Below are positions 44,381 through 58,214 of a stretch of DNA of 64,000 nt, piece by piece. The stretch spans positions 47,492,001-47,556,000 of the forward strand of contig NC_043001.1 in the NCBI RefSeq assembly GCF_006345805.1, given 5' to 3'. The DNA is from Octopus sinensis. Its lineage: Eukaryota. The translations under genes were made by a program, and so were the position numbers. How positions within the stretch are numbered: the stretch's first letter is position 1; the number at the start of each line of letters is the position of its first letter. Below the pieces are notes generated by a model, which saw only the letters and a program-made list of their open reading frames with translations, had not been told where the DNA came from and did not search any database.

Positions 44381-44458
44381 AGCATGTATGTATGTATGCA
44401 TGTATGTATGTATGTATGTATGTATGTGTGTATGTATGTATGTATGTATGTATGTATA

Positions 44459-44994
44459 TACATACAAAATTTAGAGGACTGGCCATTAAAAGAGGACAGC
44501 TTATATGCTAAACATAGACGTCAAATCGCCATTTACCGCGATTCAGCAAAAAAAAAAAAAATGTAAAAATAAGCAAGACACATGAAAATATACGAAATAA
44601 AAAACAATTACCTTTGTACCAATTGATTTCACTTGTTAATATTTACGTATATGGATGCACAAACATCTGCAAGATCATCAGCATAGTCTGTCGTTTACAA
44701 AACACAATTTCCAGAACTAGATACAGAACGCTCAACCGAAATCCATTATGTATAAAGTTCTACAAATCATATTTAGGTGTATCTTTCAAATGCCTTTACT
44801 TTGGCGCGCTGAGATCGGAAACTACTCTGCAGTTAATAAACTACAGCAGTCAATTTACCGGTTAGAGAACATTTTTTTAATTTAAAATTGAATAAGGGTA
44901 GAAATTGATATTAATCAATTAAAACCATTGGCTTAGCATATTCTAAAAAATCCGAAGATTAAAAATTGTTTTACATACAAAATTTAGAGGACTG
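44459..44994 (-). mobile_element. 513-bp hammerhead-containing unit with 23-bp terminal direct repeat (PLE pseudo-LTR or retrozyme-like)
   Basis: TACATACAAAATTTAGAGGACTG at 44459-44481 and 44972-44994; flanked by TA/TATG repeats. Confidence 0.7.
44612..44686 (-). ncRNA. Type I hammerhead ribozyme motif
   Basis: CUAUG-CUGAUGA-U-CUUG(34 nt)CAAG-U-GAAA-UCAAUUGG-UA-CAAAG; near-palindromic stem III, GUA site, one mismatch in stem I. Confidence 0.7.
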
Positions 44995-45473
44995 TATATA
45001 TATGCTTATACGTGAATTTATCTGCATCACTATTTGTATATGTCCATGTATATATATATGCACACACAAACAGATACACACATGCATACATATATTTACA
45101 TACATATATATTTACTAGATACCGATGATTCTATGCATGTAAGACATTCTGCCACTGGGAGTAGAGACGGACTCAAGAAGTAGTTGGTGCTATGACCATA
45201 CTTATGTGCTATGGTGCTATAACTATACCACACACAGACATTAAATGTGAAAGCCAGAAGCAGCAAACACATCCATTTCTATATTTGTTATAACTTCTTA
45301 TCGGGGAGCCGTAATAGTTCTTTGGTGTTGGTACTCATATCAGAGTGTGACTGTCAGAAATAAGACTGTAGAACTGAACATTTTGAAAAGCGCGCTCCAT
45401 AAGATATCATGTTTCTGTGTGTGCATGCATGTGTGTGTGATTCACTGAAAGAGAAGGATGGCGTGTAATGAAG

Positions 45474-45514
<41 letters not shown>

Positions 45515-46187
45515 GAGAGAGAGGTGGGGTAGTGAAAAGGAAAAGGAAGAAAATTTGTTTTGGTACTTTTCTAGAAATACGAGAAGAATGACCTCATTGT
45601 TTGAAAAAGGAAAATAAACATAAGAAAAAGGGCATATATGTTTCAAATGTGAGCTAAACGCTGTAGAAAGAGCGAATGAAATGAAAACTGAATAATGGGA
45701 AGAATGAAAGACAGGAAAGAAGGAAAGAAAGGATAGGTAGAGTGAGGGAAAGAAAAAGAAAGAAAGAAAGAAGGAAAGAAAGAAAGAAAGAAAGAAGGAA
45801 AGAAATAAAGAAATAAAAGAAGGAAGAAGGAAAGAAAGAAAGAAAGAAAGAAAGAAAGAAGGAAAGAATGAAAGAAAGAGACAAACAAAAGAAAGTAGTA
45901 AGAAACAAAGAAAGTGTTTATGATGGAATGACCCGAGTTGGAGAAAACTAAAGAGGGAGATTGAAGGAGAATGGGAAGGAGGGAGAGGAGGAGGAGATGG
46001 GAGGAAGATGAAATTAGGAAAGAAATAATGTAAGGAAGAAATTAAAAGAGGGAGAGAGGTTGGGAAAGTGAGAGAAGGAAATAAAGAGGAAAGAAAAAAT
46101 AATGGGGTAAATGGAATTTTAGAAGGGAGTATATGCGTGTGCGTACGTTTATCTATCCATCTCTCTCTCTCTCTCTCTCTCTTTCTC

Positions 46188-46233
<46 letters not shown>

Positions 46234-46252
46234 CTATCTATCTATCTATCTA

Positions 46253-46301
<49 letters not shown>

Positions 46302-46569
46302 TATATATATATTATATATATATATATATATATCTGTATATATGTATGTATACATACTTCTCATGTTCTAAAAATTTGATAAACATGTTTCGGCATCCAG
46401 AGGCTGTAACTACATTTTATTGGTAGTGCCCCACCATGTCCACAACACTCCAGCTTAAACTAGTAAAAGACTGAAAGAATATGTACACTACCCCAAACAC
46501 ACACCCACATACACACACACAGAAAGAAAATATTGAGTAATTCTTCTGTTTAATATTAAATTGGTTCTA

Positions 46570-47814
46570 TTAGGTTGTTCGGAAAATAATAGCCGATTTC
46601 AGAAACAATTTTATTCTGGAAAAATTAACACTAGAAATGTTTTGATTAGTCAAAGTATGAGCCGTGAGCATCTATGCAACACTGCTATCGATCAACGAGA
46701 TTATTTATGCATCGTTGATAAAAACTTATTGGCTTTGATGCTAAGAAATCTATGAAAGCTCTGGTTTGGACCTGAAAGTTTTATCTCTTAAAAACGTGTT
46801 CAAATGCTTTAAAAATGGTGGTCGGTGTGTGAAAGATCAAGAGAATATAAAGGATGTGGTAAAGTCTTCTATCCCAATTCTGTGAGTTTCTGCAGCGTCA
46901 CTCTTGCAGCATGTGGCTGCATTATCGTGGAGCAAAATTGGGCCACGCCGACTTACCAATGCAGGTCTTATTTTTTGCAAGTGAGCATGCATTTCAGCGA
47001 GTTGATTGCAGTAAACCTCTACTATAATGCTTTGATTGGCTTCCAGAAAGCTGTAATGGACAGGACCAAAAATGCAGACCACCAGACAGTCACCATAATC
47101 TTTTGCTGATGCAACTTTGGCTTTGGGAAATGTTTAGGGGACTCATCACGATCAAGCCATTGACCTGATCGTTTTCGGTTATCATAAAGGATCCACTTTT
47201 CGTCACAAGTGACTATTCGGTCAAGAAAAGATTCATTGGTGTTTCGCAGAAAGAGCATCAAGCACACTTCAAAATGCCGATCTTTTTGATTTTCATTGAG
47301 CTCATTTGGTACCCATTTATTGAGCCTTTTCACCTTACCAATCTTCTGTAGATTGCGCGAGACCGTTGCAATACCGACACCAAGTGCTTGAGACATTTCT
47401 CTGATACTTTGAAGTGGGTTTTGTTCAATATTTCAATTGTTCATTGTCAAGACTGCATGACTATCCTCTACCTTCTTCATCTTCAAGGCTCTCATCACCA
47501 CCTTCGTACTGTGCGATCACTTGTGGACCCCTATCCCCATGCTCTGTTGATATTGGCAGCAGTTTGGGAGGCACTGAAACCATGCTTGAATTCATGCAAG
47601 AAAAGTAAGCGAAGGTCCTTTTTTGTCATGTTCATAATTAAGGGTGCCTATGCTTCAAGAATGTTTTCTGTTTGAAATAAGTAGAAAATTATTAAAGAGC
47701 ATACATCAATTATTAAGTATGTCGAAATTCACCGAAATATAATTAAAATACTACGATAAAATTGCGTTTCAAAACACAACACTTAGAGCGACCATTATTT
47801 TCGGAACAATCTAA
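46570..47814 (-). mobile_element. Full-length defective mariner transposon
   Basis: TA-flanked TIRs TTAGGTTGTTCGGAAAATAAT / ATTATTTTCGGAACAATCTAA; motifs [33 protein letters not shown]. Confidence 0.96.
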
Positions 47815-47824
47815 TATTACAACT

Positions 47825-49154
47825 TGACATGGAAAACATTAATGTGTGCGCGTGTGCGCGTATTTGTGTGTGTATTTGTGTGTGTGTCTACACACATAGT
47901 GAAGGAGTGTAACATTCACGCATACACTTACACTTACACACTCTCACGTACATTCAGATATATATGTACGTATATTTACACCAAGAAGCAAACAATGCAG
48001 TCAGCATAGAAATTTTAATTAATTAAGATATTAAAATTAATTACAATTACTCGCGTGATTAGGCAAAATATCATAAGTTTAATTAATAATTCGAGTCAAA
48101 AAAGAAAAGCTGGATTAAAAAACAAACGCGAGGTTTTAATTAATTAAAAATAGAGATTGTGGACGTTGCAGTAAAGAGTAAGTTTGAGCTATGAGAATGA
48201 GTGTCCATAGACATGTAGCGTAACTGATATCCTCACTGTTTGAGAGACATATTAGGAATGATCTCGTGTGAGATAACAACCATCTTTGGCTAATTTGACC
48301 CTGTTGTGTCCACTGCTCTGATTGGTTGGCATTGGCGCAGTTTGTCTCTCGACTTATTTCGCGCCAGTGTGTAAGCCAACCAATCAAGGCCTTCGGATAA
48401 GGTCTACTTCATTTGAGCCTACCCCAGGCTTTATAAGGCGCCAGCATTCACTATTCCAGGTCTTTGGCTCTAGACATTCTAAGGTCTAGTCACTGACCAC
48501 CGAACACTCAACCATGTTCCAGCAACACCGGTCTTAGGTTCCAGTCCTTTTCAGGACTAACCTCTGACCACCGAGCGACTCAGCCATATTCCAGTTCTAG
48601 CGACAGACGACCACCCAGCCAACCGTGTTCCTAATCCAGCCATGATGACGCTAATATACGCCAGCAGCGTAGGACGTCTCCACCACCGTCACCATTACCA
48701 CCGTCATCTTCAAATACGTACACAGCACTCGTTCAGGTTTAAACTCCAAGCTGTTGTGAATATTTCACCGAGGTAAACAGTTACAGTCTACCTGAAAGAA
48801 CTTCCTGTATCAAGAGACTCGGCACAACATTGAAGCCACAGACCGCTACACGACATGTGTCTAACCGGCATTCTGCCTCATGACCCCAACATCTTGTTAC
48901 AGAACTATTGCTATCGTGTACCTTAACTCAATATGCTGATCTTATGCTCTGTATTCTGTTTTATACGCATACACCTTCTGTTGCACACACGAACACACAG
49001 ACACAAACATTTGTCGCATACACACAGACACTCCACTTTGCTAGCAATCACACACACTCTCTTTGTACACTTTGTAAATAAAGTCTTCTTCTCTCTCAAA
49101 CAGTAGAACGGTTGTCGTCCTCATTTATTCCTTTTGGCGCTGTATTTTATATCA
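47825..49154 (+). mobile_element. Putative solo LTR
   Basis: TG...CA ends with weak inverted similarity (TGACATGGA / TTTATATCA), TATA-like TTATAA near 48431, short internal direct repeats (48495, 48567), AATAAA at about 49077. No TSD found and the left boundary is uncertain. Confidence 0.4.
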
Positions 49155-49209
49155 TTATTTGGCTTCTTATTTTGTTAGGAGCGACCGTGCGGCGTTAGAA
49201 AGGAGACAT

Positions 49210-50042
49210 TTGTCACTAAGGACAATTACCTCCGAGGGCAACAACCCCGTAGGACAATTACCCGCTAGGACAATTACCACTAAGCAGTTAACCCCCGATG
49301 TGTACCGTATTTTCCGGTGCATAAACCGCTATTTTTTACCTGAGAAATTTAGTGTACGGCTAAGAGAAAGGTGCGGCTAATGTGAGTATTTTTATAAGTT
49401 TCAGGAGGGAAATAATTTGTGTATGGAGATCGAATGATTCCACTGATTTTTTTTCAGAGGAAAGGTTGGTCGGTGAACAACGCGTAAGACTACTACTACA
49501 TTACATTGCCTGGAAGAAAACAAAGCATATTCGTTTTGTTTTACCTTCATGTTTTGATAATGTTATTTTTAACCTAATAAAGACTCTAATATTTACGAAA
49601 AAATCATAACAATACATTTCATAGTTGTAAAATAAGGCATTTTGAAACTACATACACGTCAACAACAAAAAAGCTTGCAGCAGACCCGTAGCTCTATAAC
49701 CCTTTTAAACACTGGTGCGCTTTATCAAAAGAGAGCAAGCGTTACAACTAGTACTTATGACTCAATACTTGACGGGTTTTGCTAAACAGCCCTCTAGAAA
49801 GAAACATTTAGATGTTTCAACCCGTATTAATGCCGTTAGCAATTATGAAAACATAAATATGATACAATATTTGCGAGGAATCGCGTATAATTCGCACTTT
49901 TAGATGGTGATTTAAAACTTCTTAATGTATTGAAGAGTGGGTAATTAACCAACGAGGGTAATTTTCCTAGAGAGTAGTTGTCATCGGTGGGGGGATTGTC
50001 TTAGGGAGGTAATTGTCCTAGGGGGTTAATTATCCTGATACG
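49210..50042 (+). mobile_element. Mutator-like (MULE) remnant with arrays of subterminal inverted repeats
   Basis: GGACAATTACC repeats on the left, GGTAATTGTCC-like repeats on the right. ORF 49715-49903 ends ...IQYLRGIAYN, resembling invertebrate MULE transposase C-termini. A TACCGTATTTTCCGG (Tc2/pogo-type end) fragment is nested at about 49303. Confidence 0.6.
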
Positions 50043-50422
50043 ATGAGAATATAGTGACAACCCAAAATATGTCTTTATCTTATCTGACCTCTTCAACGAA
50101 GTATATTCTTTATCACAACTCCTTACAATGGGTGGAATTAAAATTAAGATATCTTGGCTTATTACAATTAATTATGTTTGCATCGAACTTCACATTTGGT
50201 TTTCATACCGAGCTATTTTTCATACCCTGGCTATTTTTCTTGGATGGAGCATAGCCGAATGGTTAAGAAATTCGTTTCGTAGTCATAAGATCTCTTATGA
50301 GATCTCTCTGATTGGTGCATTTGGTAAGCGCTTTTAACCAGAACTTCCTCGAGTCAACCCAAGCTTTATGAACGAAATTAGATAGACGGGAACTATGTTG
50401 AAGCCCATCGGATGAATTATAT

Positions 50423-51260
50423 CAGGGTTTTAGGCTAAATCCGGCAGTTTGCATAAAAAGGAAAAGAAAACACAACAGCCAACCCAAATATAAAAGTATT
50501 AAAAGAAAATTTTCAGTATCAAATAGATGATGACTGGGAGATAACACTTTACTCAAAGTAGCCGCCTTCAGCTTCCACCGCGACCTCAAGACAGATCCGG
50601 AACATAGCGCATGTATTCCTCTCTGTGTTTCCCTAGGAAGATCTTCGAACACGTCCTTGATCTTAGCCACCAGTTCGGCCTTGGTGTTGTATGCAGAGCG
50701 TTGGTATCTTTCTCAACTATGCCCCACACATAGCAGTCCATGAAATTACATCGGTTAATTAGGAGGCCAGAAATTGGGATTGGTAAAGTTATAGAAATTT
50801 TTCGACGACCGCTTACGACTCTTTCCGGGGGTATAGCAAAGTGCCGAATCCGGCCGCCACATATATGGCCTTCATCAGGAACCCTCTCCATTCAAGGATC
50901 GACCTGTAAGACCTTGTTCAAGGATATGGGGATGAATCTCGGCATGTGGACGCAATTAGAACGCCTGCTGTATCTCTTCCGGCTGGCCACGGTTTCGTAG
51001 TCCATATCACGTGCTTACATTAATCACAGAGTACTGAGCAGCAGTCATGATATCGGCATTTTAATATCCGCAACGATCATCATGATGCAAATAACTCTTT
51101 TCCAATATCTGGATGGTATTGGAATCCTTCATGTTAGTTAACGTTTTCTCAACTACAACTTTAACCTTTATACTCTTCAACGCCGTTGACTGTTCAGCTC
51201 TTCCCGATAAAAAAAAAAAGCGACATTAATAAAATCGTCAAATTTAACCCGAACACCCTG
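50423..51260 (-). mobile_element. Internally deleted Tc1/mariner element (maT/DD37D-like)
   Basis: Imperfect CAGGGT.. TIRs; peptide NFMDCYVWGIVEKDTN corresponds to the third catalytic-residue region. Confidence 0.7.
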
Positions 51261-51536
51261 TAATTCACTTTGTGACGCTGATTCTACCTGAGAATTACGT
51301 TAAAGGGACACGTGTGTATGGAACCCTCAGTCAGTTGCATGTCAATACAATGAGCTCGGTAGCTCAATTAATCAAACAAACCAGTGAATGTTCAGCGTCG
51401 AAATCGACAGAAATTCTATTTTCATTCATATAAAAAAAAAAATGAAACTTATTAAGTCATCTTGGTCTGATAGTGCTACTACAGAATGTACCTTCCTGTG
51501 GGGGTTTAAAGTTCTCTAAGGTCTCGAACAATTTTA

Positions 51537-51893
51537 ACGAGGGTTCCGGTTGATCCGATCAACGGAACAGCCTGCTCGTGAAATTAACGTGTAAGTGGCT
51601 GAGCACTCCACAGGCACGTGTACCCTTAACGTAGTTCTCGGGGATATTCAGCGTGACACAGAGAGTGACAAGGCCGGCTCTTTGAAATACAGGTACAACA
51701 GAAACAGGAAGTAAGAGTGAGAGAAAGTTGTGGTGAAAGAGTACAGCAGGGATCACCACCATCCCTGCCGGAGCCTCGTGGAGCTTTAGGTGTTTTCGCT
51801 CAATAAACACTCACAACGCCCGGTCTGGGAATCGAAACCGCGATCCTACGACCGCGAGTCCGCTGCCCTAACCACTGGGCCATTGCACCTCCT
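51537..51893 (-). mobile_element. tRNA-derived SINE (head A + tail X)
   Basis: Near-identical to 1340-1699. Confidence 0.92.
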
Positions 51894-52057
51894 CAGATCT
51901 ATCTAATACAGTACAGTTAGCCGGCACTCTTGAGGGAGTATGGATGTAACTTGTTACAAAGACCATGCTTTCGTTAACTGTTTTAGGTACCCTTGTTGTT
52001 AGGCAGTATATTTAAATGTAATACTGCACACGCGTTTACGAAGCTCTATTTTACGTT

Positions 52058-52518
<461 letters not shown>

Positions 52519-53244
52519 TGAGAACTTGGCAATAAAGGATTTGTTTATCGAGATGATACGGCTTCATACAACTTACACGATATTACGATATTCATGTACC
52601 ATAATTCCTCCGAAAGAATCACAAAGACACAGGTTCCACTTACGTTTTTCTTCGATTAAGGTATTTACTAAGTTCTTGTTTATTGAAAACTAATGCCCTG
52701 TTGCTTCTACAGAATCCCATATTACTAACAAATTGTAAATATGTGCTTACAGATTCTCTTTTTTCCGCTGAAGTTTGGTGCTAAATACGTTAAGCTTTTG
52801 TTCAAAGTGTGGAGTAATCTTAATAGATATTCATTACCTACACATATGGATTGTGTGGCACCTCCACCATCGCACCATTGCATTTAAACCTGTGGTTCCC
52901 AACCGGGGTCAATATGACACTTGGAGGTCCACATAAGATTTTTCTGTAACAAAATTATATTTTTACAATGCACAAAATATTTCAACAGTTTTTTAATGCA
53001 ATTCCTAATAACATTCAATTATAAAAGTATAAAATTTAATGGAACATTGAATGGCTATGAGGATCCACTTGAATAAACTAGGAACCCACAGGGTCCAGGG
53101 ACAAAGAAATGGTTAATGGTTAGGAAACACTGATTTAAAACGTATAACACAAACAAACACACACACACACGCACACACACACACAAACACACACATACAC
53201 AGATACATGTATGTATGTATGTATGTATGTATGTATGTATGTAT

Positions 53245-53658
53245 ACTCTTTTACTCTCTTTTACTTGTTTCAGTCATTTGACTGCGGCCATGCTGGAGCA
53301 CCGCCTTTAGTCGAGCAAATCGATCCCTGGACTTATTCTTTGTAAGCCCAGTACTTATTCTATCGGTCTCTTTTGCCGAACCGCTAAGTGACGGGGACGT
53401 AAACACACCAGCATCGGTTGTCAAGCAATGCTAGGGGGACAAACACAGACACATAAACACACACACAGAAACACACACACACATATATATATACATATAT
53501 ACGACAGGCTTCTTTCAGTTTCCGTCTACCAAATCCACTCATAAGGCATTGGTCGGCCCGGAGCTATAGCAGAAAACACTTGCCCATGATGCCACGCAGT
53601 GGGACTGAACCCGGAACCATGTGGTTGGTTAGCAAGCTACTTACCACACAGCCACTCC
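53245..53658 (-). mobile_element. Family C SINE
   Basis: Near-identical to 2707-3160. Confidence 0.9.
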
Positions 53659-53869
53659 CCCATATATATTAGTTAAAAATCATAGTTTAAATTTAAGGTA
53701 AAATTTAAACTGCATTTTGGGTATGTCCCTAGTAGTATGCGGATAAAGTACGTTCATTACCTATGGTTACCTGGCATCATCGACGGTAATTACACAATCG
53801 TCGTTGGATCTACGTTAGGAATTCCTCAGTGCATTTTGAGTATAATAGAAACAATGGATACGGGAGGTT

Positions 53870-54044
53870 GAGTATATTGGAAACTTTATTTATTACAACG
53901 ATCGTTTCGATACATGCTGCATCACCAGAAGAAATACATTTGTATTGTGGGGTTGCACTATAATTATTTGTATAGTTTCTTACCAATGAGGGAGCGGTGT
54001 AGCATTTATCGAAACGATCATTTGTGATAAAGTTCCCAGTATAC

Positions 54045-54046
<2 letters not shown>
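53870..54046. mobile_element. Inverted-repeat element with degenerate hammerhead (PLE-like)
   Basis: GAGTATATTGGAAACTTTAT..CGATCGTTTCGATA is imperfectly inverted at 54007-54046. Minus strand has CUGGUGA..GAAACGAUCGUU. Confidence 0.45.
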
Positions 54047-54089
<43 letters not shown>

Positions 54090-54095
54090 TATCTA

Positions 54096-54144
<49 letters not shown>

Positions 54145-54148
<4 letters not shown>

Positions 54149-54351
54149 CAAGCTGGCAGAAACCTTAGCACGCCGGGCGAAATGCTTAGCGGTAATTGTC
54201 TGTCTTTACGTTTGAGTTTAAATTCCGCCGAGGTCGACTTTGCCTTTCATCATTTCGGGGTAGATACATTAAGTACCAGTTGCGTACTGGGATCGACCTA
54301 ATTGACTGGCCCCTCCCCCAAAATTTCGGCCCTTGTGCCTAGAGTAGAAAA

Positions 54352-54352
<1 letters not shown>
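54145..54352 (+). mobile_element. Family M SINE, full length
   Basis: AAGGCAAGCTGGCAGAAACCTTAGCACGCCGGGCG...GTCGACTTTGCCTTTCATC...CTAGAGTAGAAAAG. Confidence 0.88.
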
Positions 54353-54384
<32 letters not shown>

Positions 54385-54398
54385 TATATATATATATA

Positions 54399-55281
54399 CT
54401 AGCATTAAAGACCCGTCGTTGCCGGGTCATAGTGCTAGTGCATGTATATATGTGTATATATATGTGTACATATTACATGTACATCTATATATATATACAT
54501 CTACACATAAAATACAAAATACGAAGTTATATCTTGATATAGCTAGTGCGGGACGTCCTACGTCCCAGATATAAAGGTAAAAATAAAATATTTCCACTTT
54601 GCAAGTTCGAGTCGAGTACTCCCTTGCACGCTCCGTTGACTCGAACCTTGCTTCTATTGTGGCGAATTTACCGCCTCTGATTAGATACCTTTCATAGTCA
54701 CACCAAGACACTTTTCGAAGGTGCTTTCCTCCATGAGTTCAAATCTTTTTTCTCTACATTGTATACTTTATAGACAATAGTCTTTTCTTTAATTTAATTT
54801 TTTATTATCCATCTGGACTATTCCATTTCTGCACGCTAATTTTATTTTTAATTTATTCCCATTCATGTGAAACCACTTATTCAAGTTCAAATCATTGATG
54901 CAATTTTATACCAATTGCTATTTTACTTTTGTTATGTTACGATTATATTATACTTTAGTTTGATTTTAATTATTACTTACTACATATAATTCAATTGTTA
55001 TTATTTTTATTGTTAAAGTGAAAGTATCTGACATAAAATAGAGAAACGTTTTTGTTTCACTTTTAACACGTAATACTGAAATAGTGGAGAAGATATGATA
55101 TTGCTATGGGCTCGCTCTAGGCAAGAAGTTGAACATTTTTTTTGCCCATGAAACTACATGGACCCTAAGTAAGACATGTGTAAAATTTGAATGAAATTGG
55201 TTGTGTAGTTCTCAAGTTTTAGGGAAACACACAGACAGACAGACAGTCAGACACACATTCTCAGTGTTATATATATAAAGA
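54399..55281 (-). mobile_element. Non-autonomous Helitron, probably composite
   Basis: 3' CTAG at 54399 with hairpin GACCCG-TCGTTGC-CGGGTC; a second CTAG plus hairpin GGGACGT-CCT-ACGTCCC at 54543-54566; (GACA)n and TC at the 5' end. Confidence 0.65.
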
Positions 55282-55806
55282 TAGCAGTCTGGTTATTATC
55301 ATATGTATACATACGAATATATATATATATATATATGCATACATACATACATACATACATACATACATACATACATACATACGTACGTACAAACATACAT
55401 ACATACATACATACATACATACATACTTACATACATACATACTTACATACATACATACACACACACACATACAGACATATATGCACATATACATTCATAC
55501 ACGCATACATATGTATGTTATATATACATGCATAAGTACAGAAATATGTACGTATGTATATGAATATATATGTACATATGTATGTATGTATGTGTGTGTG
55601 TGTGTGTGTGTGCATGCCTCTGTGTGTTTGTGTGTTGGTGTGTGTATCAGCAGGTGTTCAACGCCGTCGAATCACAGGTGGTGAAGTAGGACAATGTGAA
55701 AATAAAGTGGTCCAGAGTTCCGCCTAGAAACAGCGAAACGCTTCGATTTGTACTGATAACAGGTTGACTAATATACTTTCACAGAGAGAGGGAGAGTGAG
55801 GGAGGA

Positions 55807-55838
<32 letters not shown>

Positions 55839-56474
55839 AAGAAAGAAAGAGAGAAGAGAGAGAGAGAGAAGAAAGAAAGAGAGAGAGAGAAGAAGAGAGA
55901 GAGAGAGAGATCATAAAGGTTTATTGATACATTAATTTCTTGATATATCACCAGAAGAGAATGCTACTTTTAAGGACACCCTACATGACGTATCAGGATA
56001 ATTCGGGGCACTTTTAATGGCTTCTTTTCTGCGCCACCTTGACTGATGATGTGAAACTGTCAAATATTTGAGATTAAAGTAGTCAAAGATAAAGTTGAAG
56101 TTTTGCTGGTTAGTGTTTGATGGGAATAATTATGCGTTCGGATCTTTTCACTTTGACCGGCAGATTTTTTTAATAATTTCTATGTAACTAAACACTTTTA
56201 AACTTCGTATACTGGTAGTGTGTTACATAAAACATCTTTTTCTGTGGTTTGTAAGCTATTTGTTGTTTAATTTCTTACATTTTGGCAATTTCAACCAATC
56301 AATAACGTCTATAGAGGTGAATACAATTTCAGCCGTATTTTGTCAACCTATCTCACTGCCCAAAGTGCCACCTATCTTTATGGCGAGAAACCCAGAGTAA
56401 CTCTACAAACCGGCCTTCACCAGTAATTAATATATATATCTATATATCTATACCTCTATATCTATATCTATATA

Positions 56475-56532
<58 letters not shown>

Positions 56533-56613
56533 CATGTGCTTGCCGGAGTGAATAGATGTCTGTTCGTCTTCGCTAGGTAAGGTTGGTGGTTTATTTATGA
56601 TGTGTTCAGAATC

Positions 56614-56670
56614 AGTTCTGCTGATGATCATAGACGTAAGTTAAATGTGAAATCACGGTGATACAGAACT
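56614..56670 (+). ncRNA. Type I hammerhead ribozyme motif
   Basis: AGUUCUG-CUGAUGA-U-CAU(13 nt)AUG-U-GAAA-UCAC-G-GUGA-UA-CAGAACU: perfect 7-bp stem I, AUA site; in a ~260-bp element (56531-56793) between (TA)n tracts. Confidence 0.82.
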
Positions 56671-56819
56671 AAATTCATGTTTTAAATGTCTTGCTTTGAA
56701 GAACTGCATTTAGGTATGATTAGTGTAATTTTGGTAGTAATGACTTTGTCCCTCTTAGTGTGAGGCATTTATGTGTAATACTGCCCTCTATACAATATAT
56801 ATATATATATATAAGGCTA

Positions 56820-56980
56820 TCTACACAGTTTCCTTCTTTCAAGCCCACTCACAACACTTTGGTCGGTCTGGGGCTATAGTAAAAGATACTAACCAAAAGT
56901 GCCGCGCAATGGGACCGATACCAAAGCCATATGCTTTCAAAGCGAGCTTTTATGACCACACACGACCATGTCCTCGCCTA
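56820..56980 (-). mobile_element. Diverged family C SINE, 5' half
   Basis: CACTCACAACACTTTGGTCGGTCTGGGGCTATAGTAAAAGA..GCCGCGCAATGGGAC. Confidence 0.65.
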
Positions 56981-57349
56981 TTATCCACAGTTAACGCATA
57001 GATGTTTCGCTATGTAGAATACATAATTTAACATATGGTATAAAGGCAATTTACATCTCGGAATCTAACAACGTATATCACATAACCATAAAAAGCTACA
57101 ACGACATGAATAAACAAATCGATACGGAATGCTGCTGAGAAATAAATACTAAGTTGATGTCAGGGCTGAAAAATTGAAAACAACCCTACCACCACTACTG
57201 CCGCCGCTGCTGCCAGCAGCACCACCACCACAATCACTGCCTTCTTTTTTAAGTTTTATGTGATTCATTCATGATAGAATGTTCAGTTCTTGCTTGAAAC
57301 CAAAAATACTTTAGTATTCACCAAGCGAAGTTCCCCATATCATCTTGTG

Positions 57350-57783
57350 GTTTTCCAGCATCCAGCAGCTACGGGAGAACTTTAGCTACGCCGTATGTTG
57401 TAACATATAGATTGTTCGCTATTCTTCTATTTATAGTGATGATATTGGTGAGCCCCCTTAACCATTTCAGCTCGAAGGAAGCGTGGCTACTTAATTTGTC
57501 TTCTATAGAGTACATCAAGTAGGAAGTCATATATGGCCATGGTTTGAAGATGACTGGATTAATCGCTAAGATATCTCCTCGGATGGGGAAGAAATGAATG
57601 CCGTAAGCTAGCAAAATGCACGTCATTAATTGCAGCGGGCTTCTGCCACTCACAGCAGTGGCGAATCTACATGTAACTGGCTGGGTGTTTAACAATCTAG
57701 ATGGGCTATTATCAATGGCAAGATACGAAGCACTAGCGCTTTGGTTGATGGTCCAGCACCCTACTAACCTGCCCAGCTGCGAC
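57350..57783 (+). pseudogene. Possible decayed APE-endonuclease region of a LINE
   Basis: LIAAGF-CHSQQW resembles the GDFNAH..W motif; many disablements. Confidence 0.3.
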
Positions 57784-57969
57784 ACTATTTTTTTCTTTAG
57801 CTATCTCTTTCTTTCTATGTACGTTTGTATGTATGTATGTATGTATGTATGTTTGTTTGTGTGCATATATTCAGTTTATATATATATATATATACATATG
57901 TGACCGCGTGTGTACCGTTGGCGATTTTTTTCCTCCGTCTTCCCTTCCTTGGATCTCTCCTTCTCCTAT

Positions 57970-58004
57970 ATTTCTGACGAAGAGCTCCGCTCGAAACGTT
58001 AAAT
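57970..58004 (+). ncRNA. Minimal type I hammerhead ribozyme motif
   Basis: AUUU-CUGACGA-A-GAGC(UCC)GCUC-GAAA-CG-UU-AAAU; palindromic AACGUU stem III typical of PLE minimal (dimer-forming) hammerheads; within element 57898-58107 in (TA)n. Confidence 0.8.
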
Positions 58005-58134
58005 CCTCCTTCTTTCTTTCCTTTCCTGAGCGTCAATAACACTATACTTGTTCTACGTCCTCGCGTTGTTGTGTTTTCTCTTTGTGTTTTCATATTTGGA
58101 TTAACTGTATATATATATATATATAATATATATA

Positions 58135-58187
<53 letters not shown>

Positions 58188-58214
58188 GATAATGTTATAT
58201 GCTAACAGAATGTG

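Noticed and set aside
56038-56066. CTGATGA-TGT-GAAA-CT-GTC
   Set aside because: No stem II and no proper stem I; likely chance.
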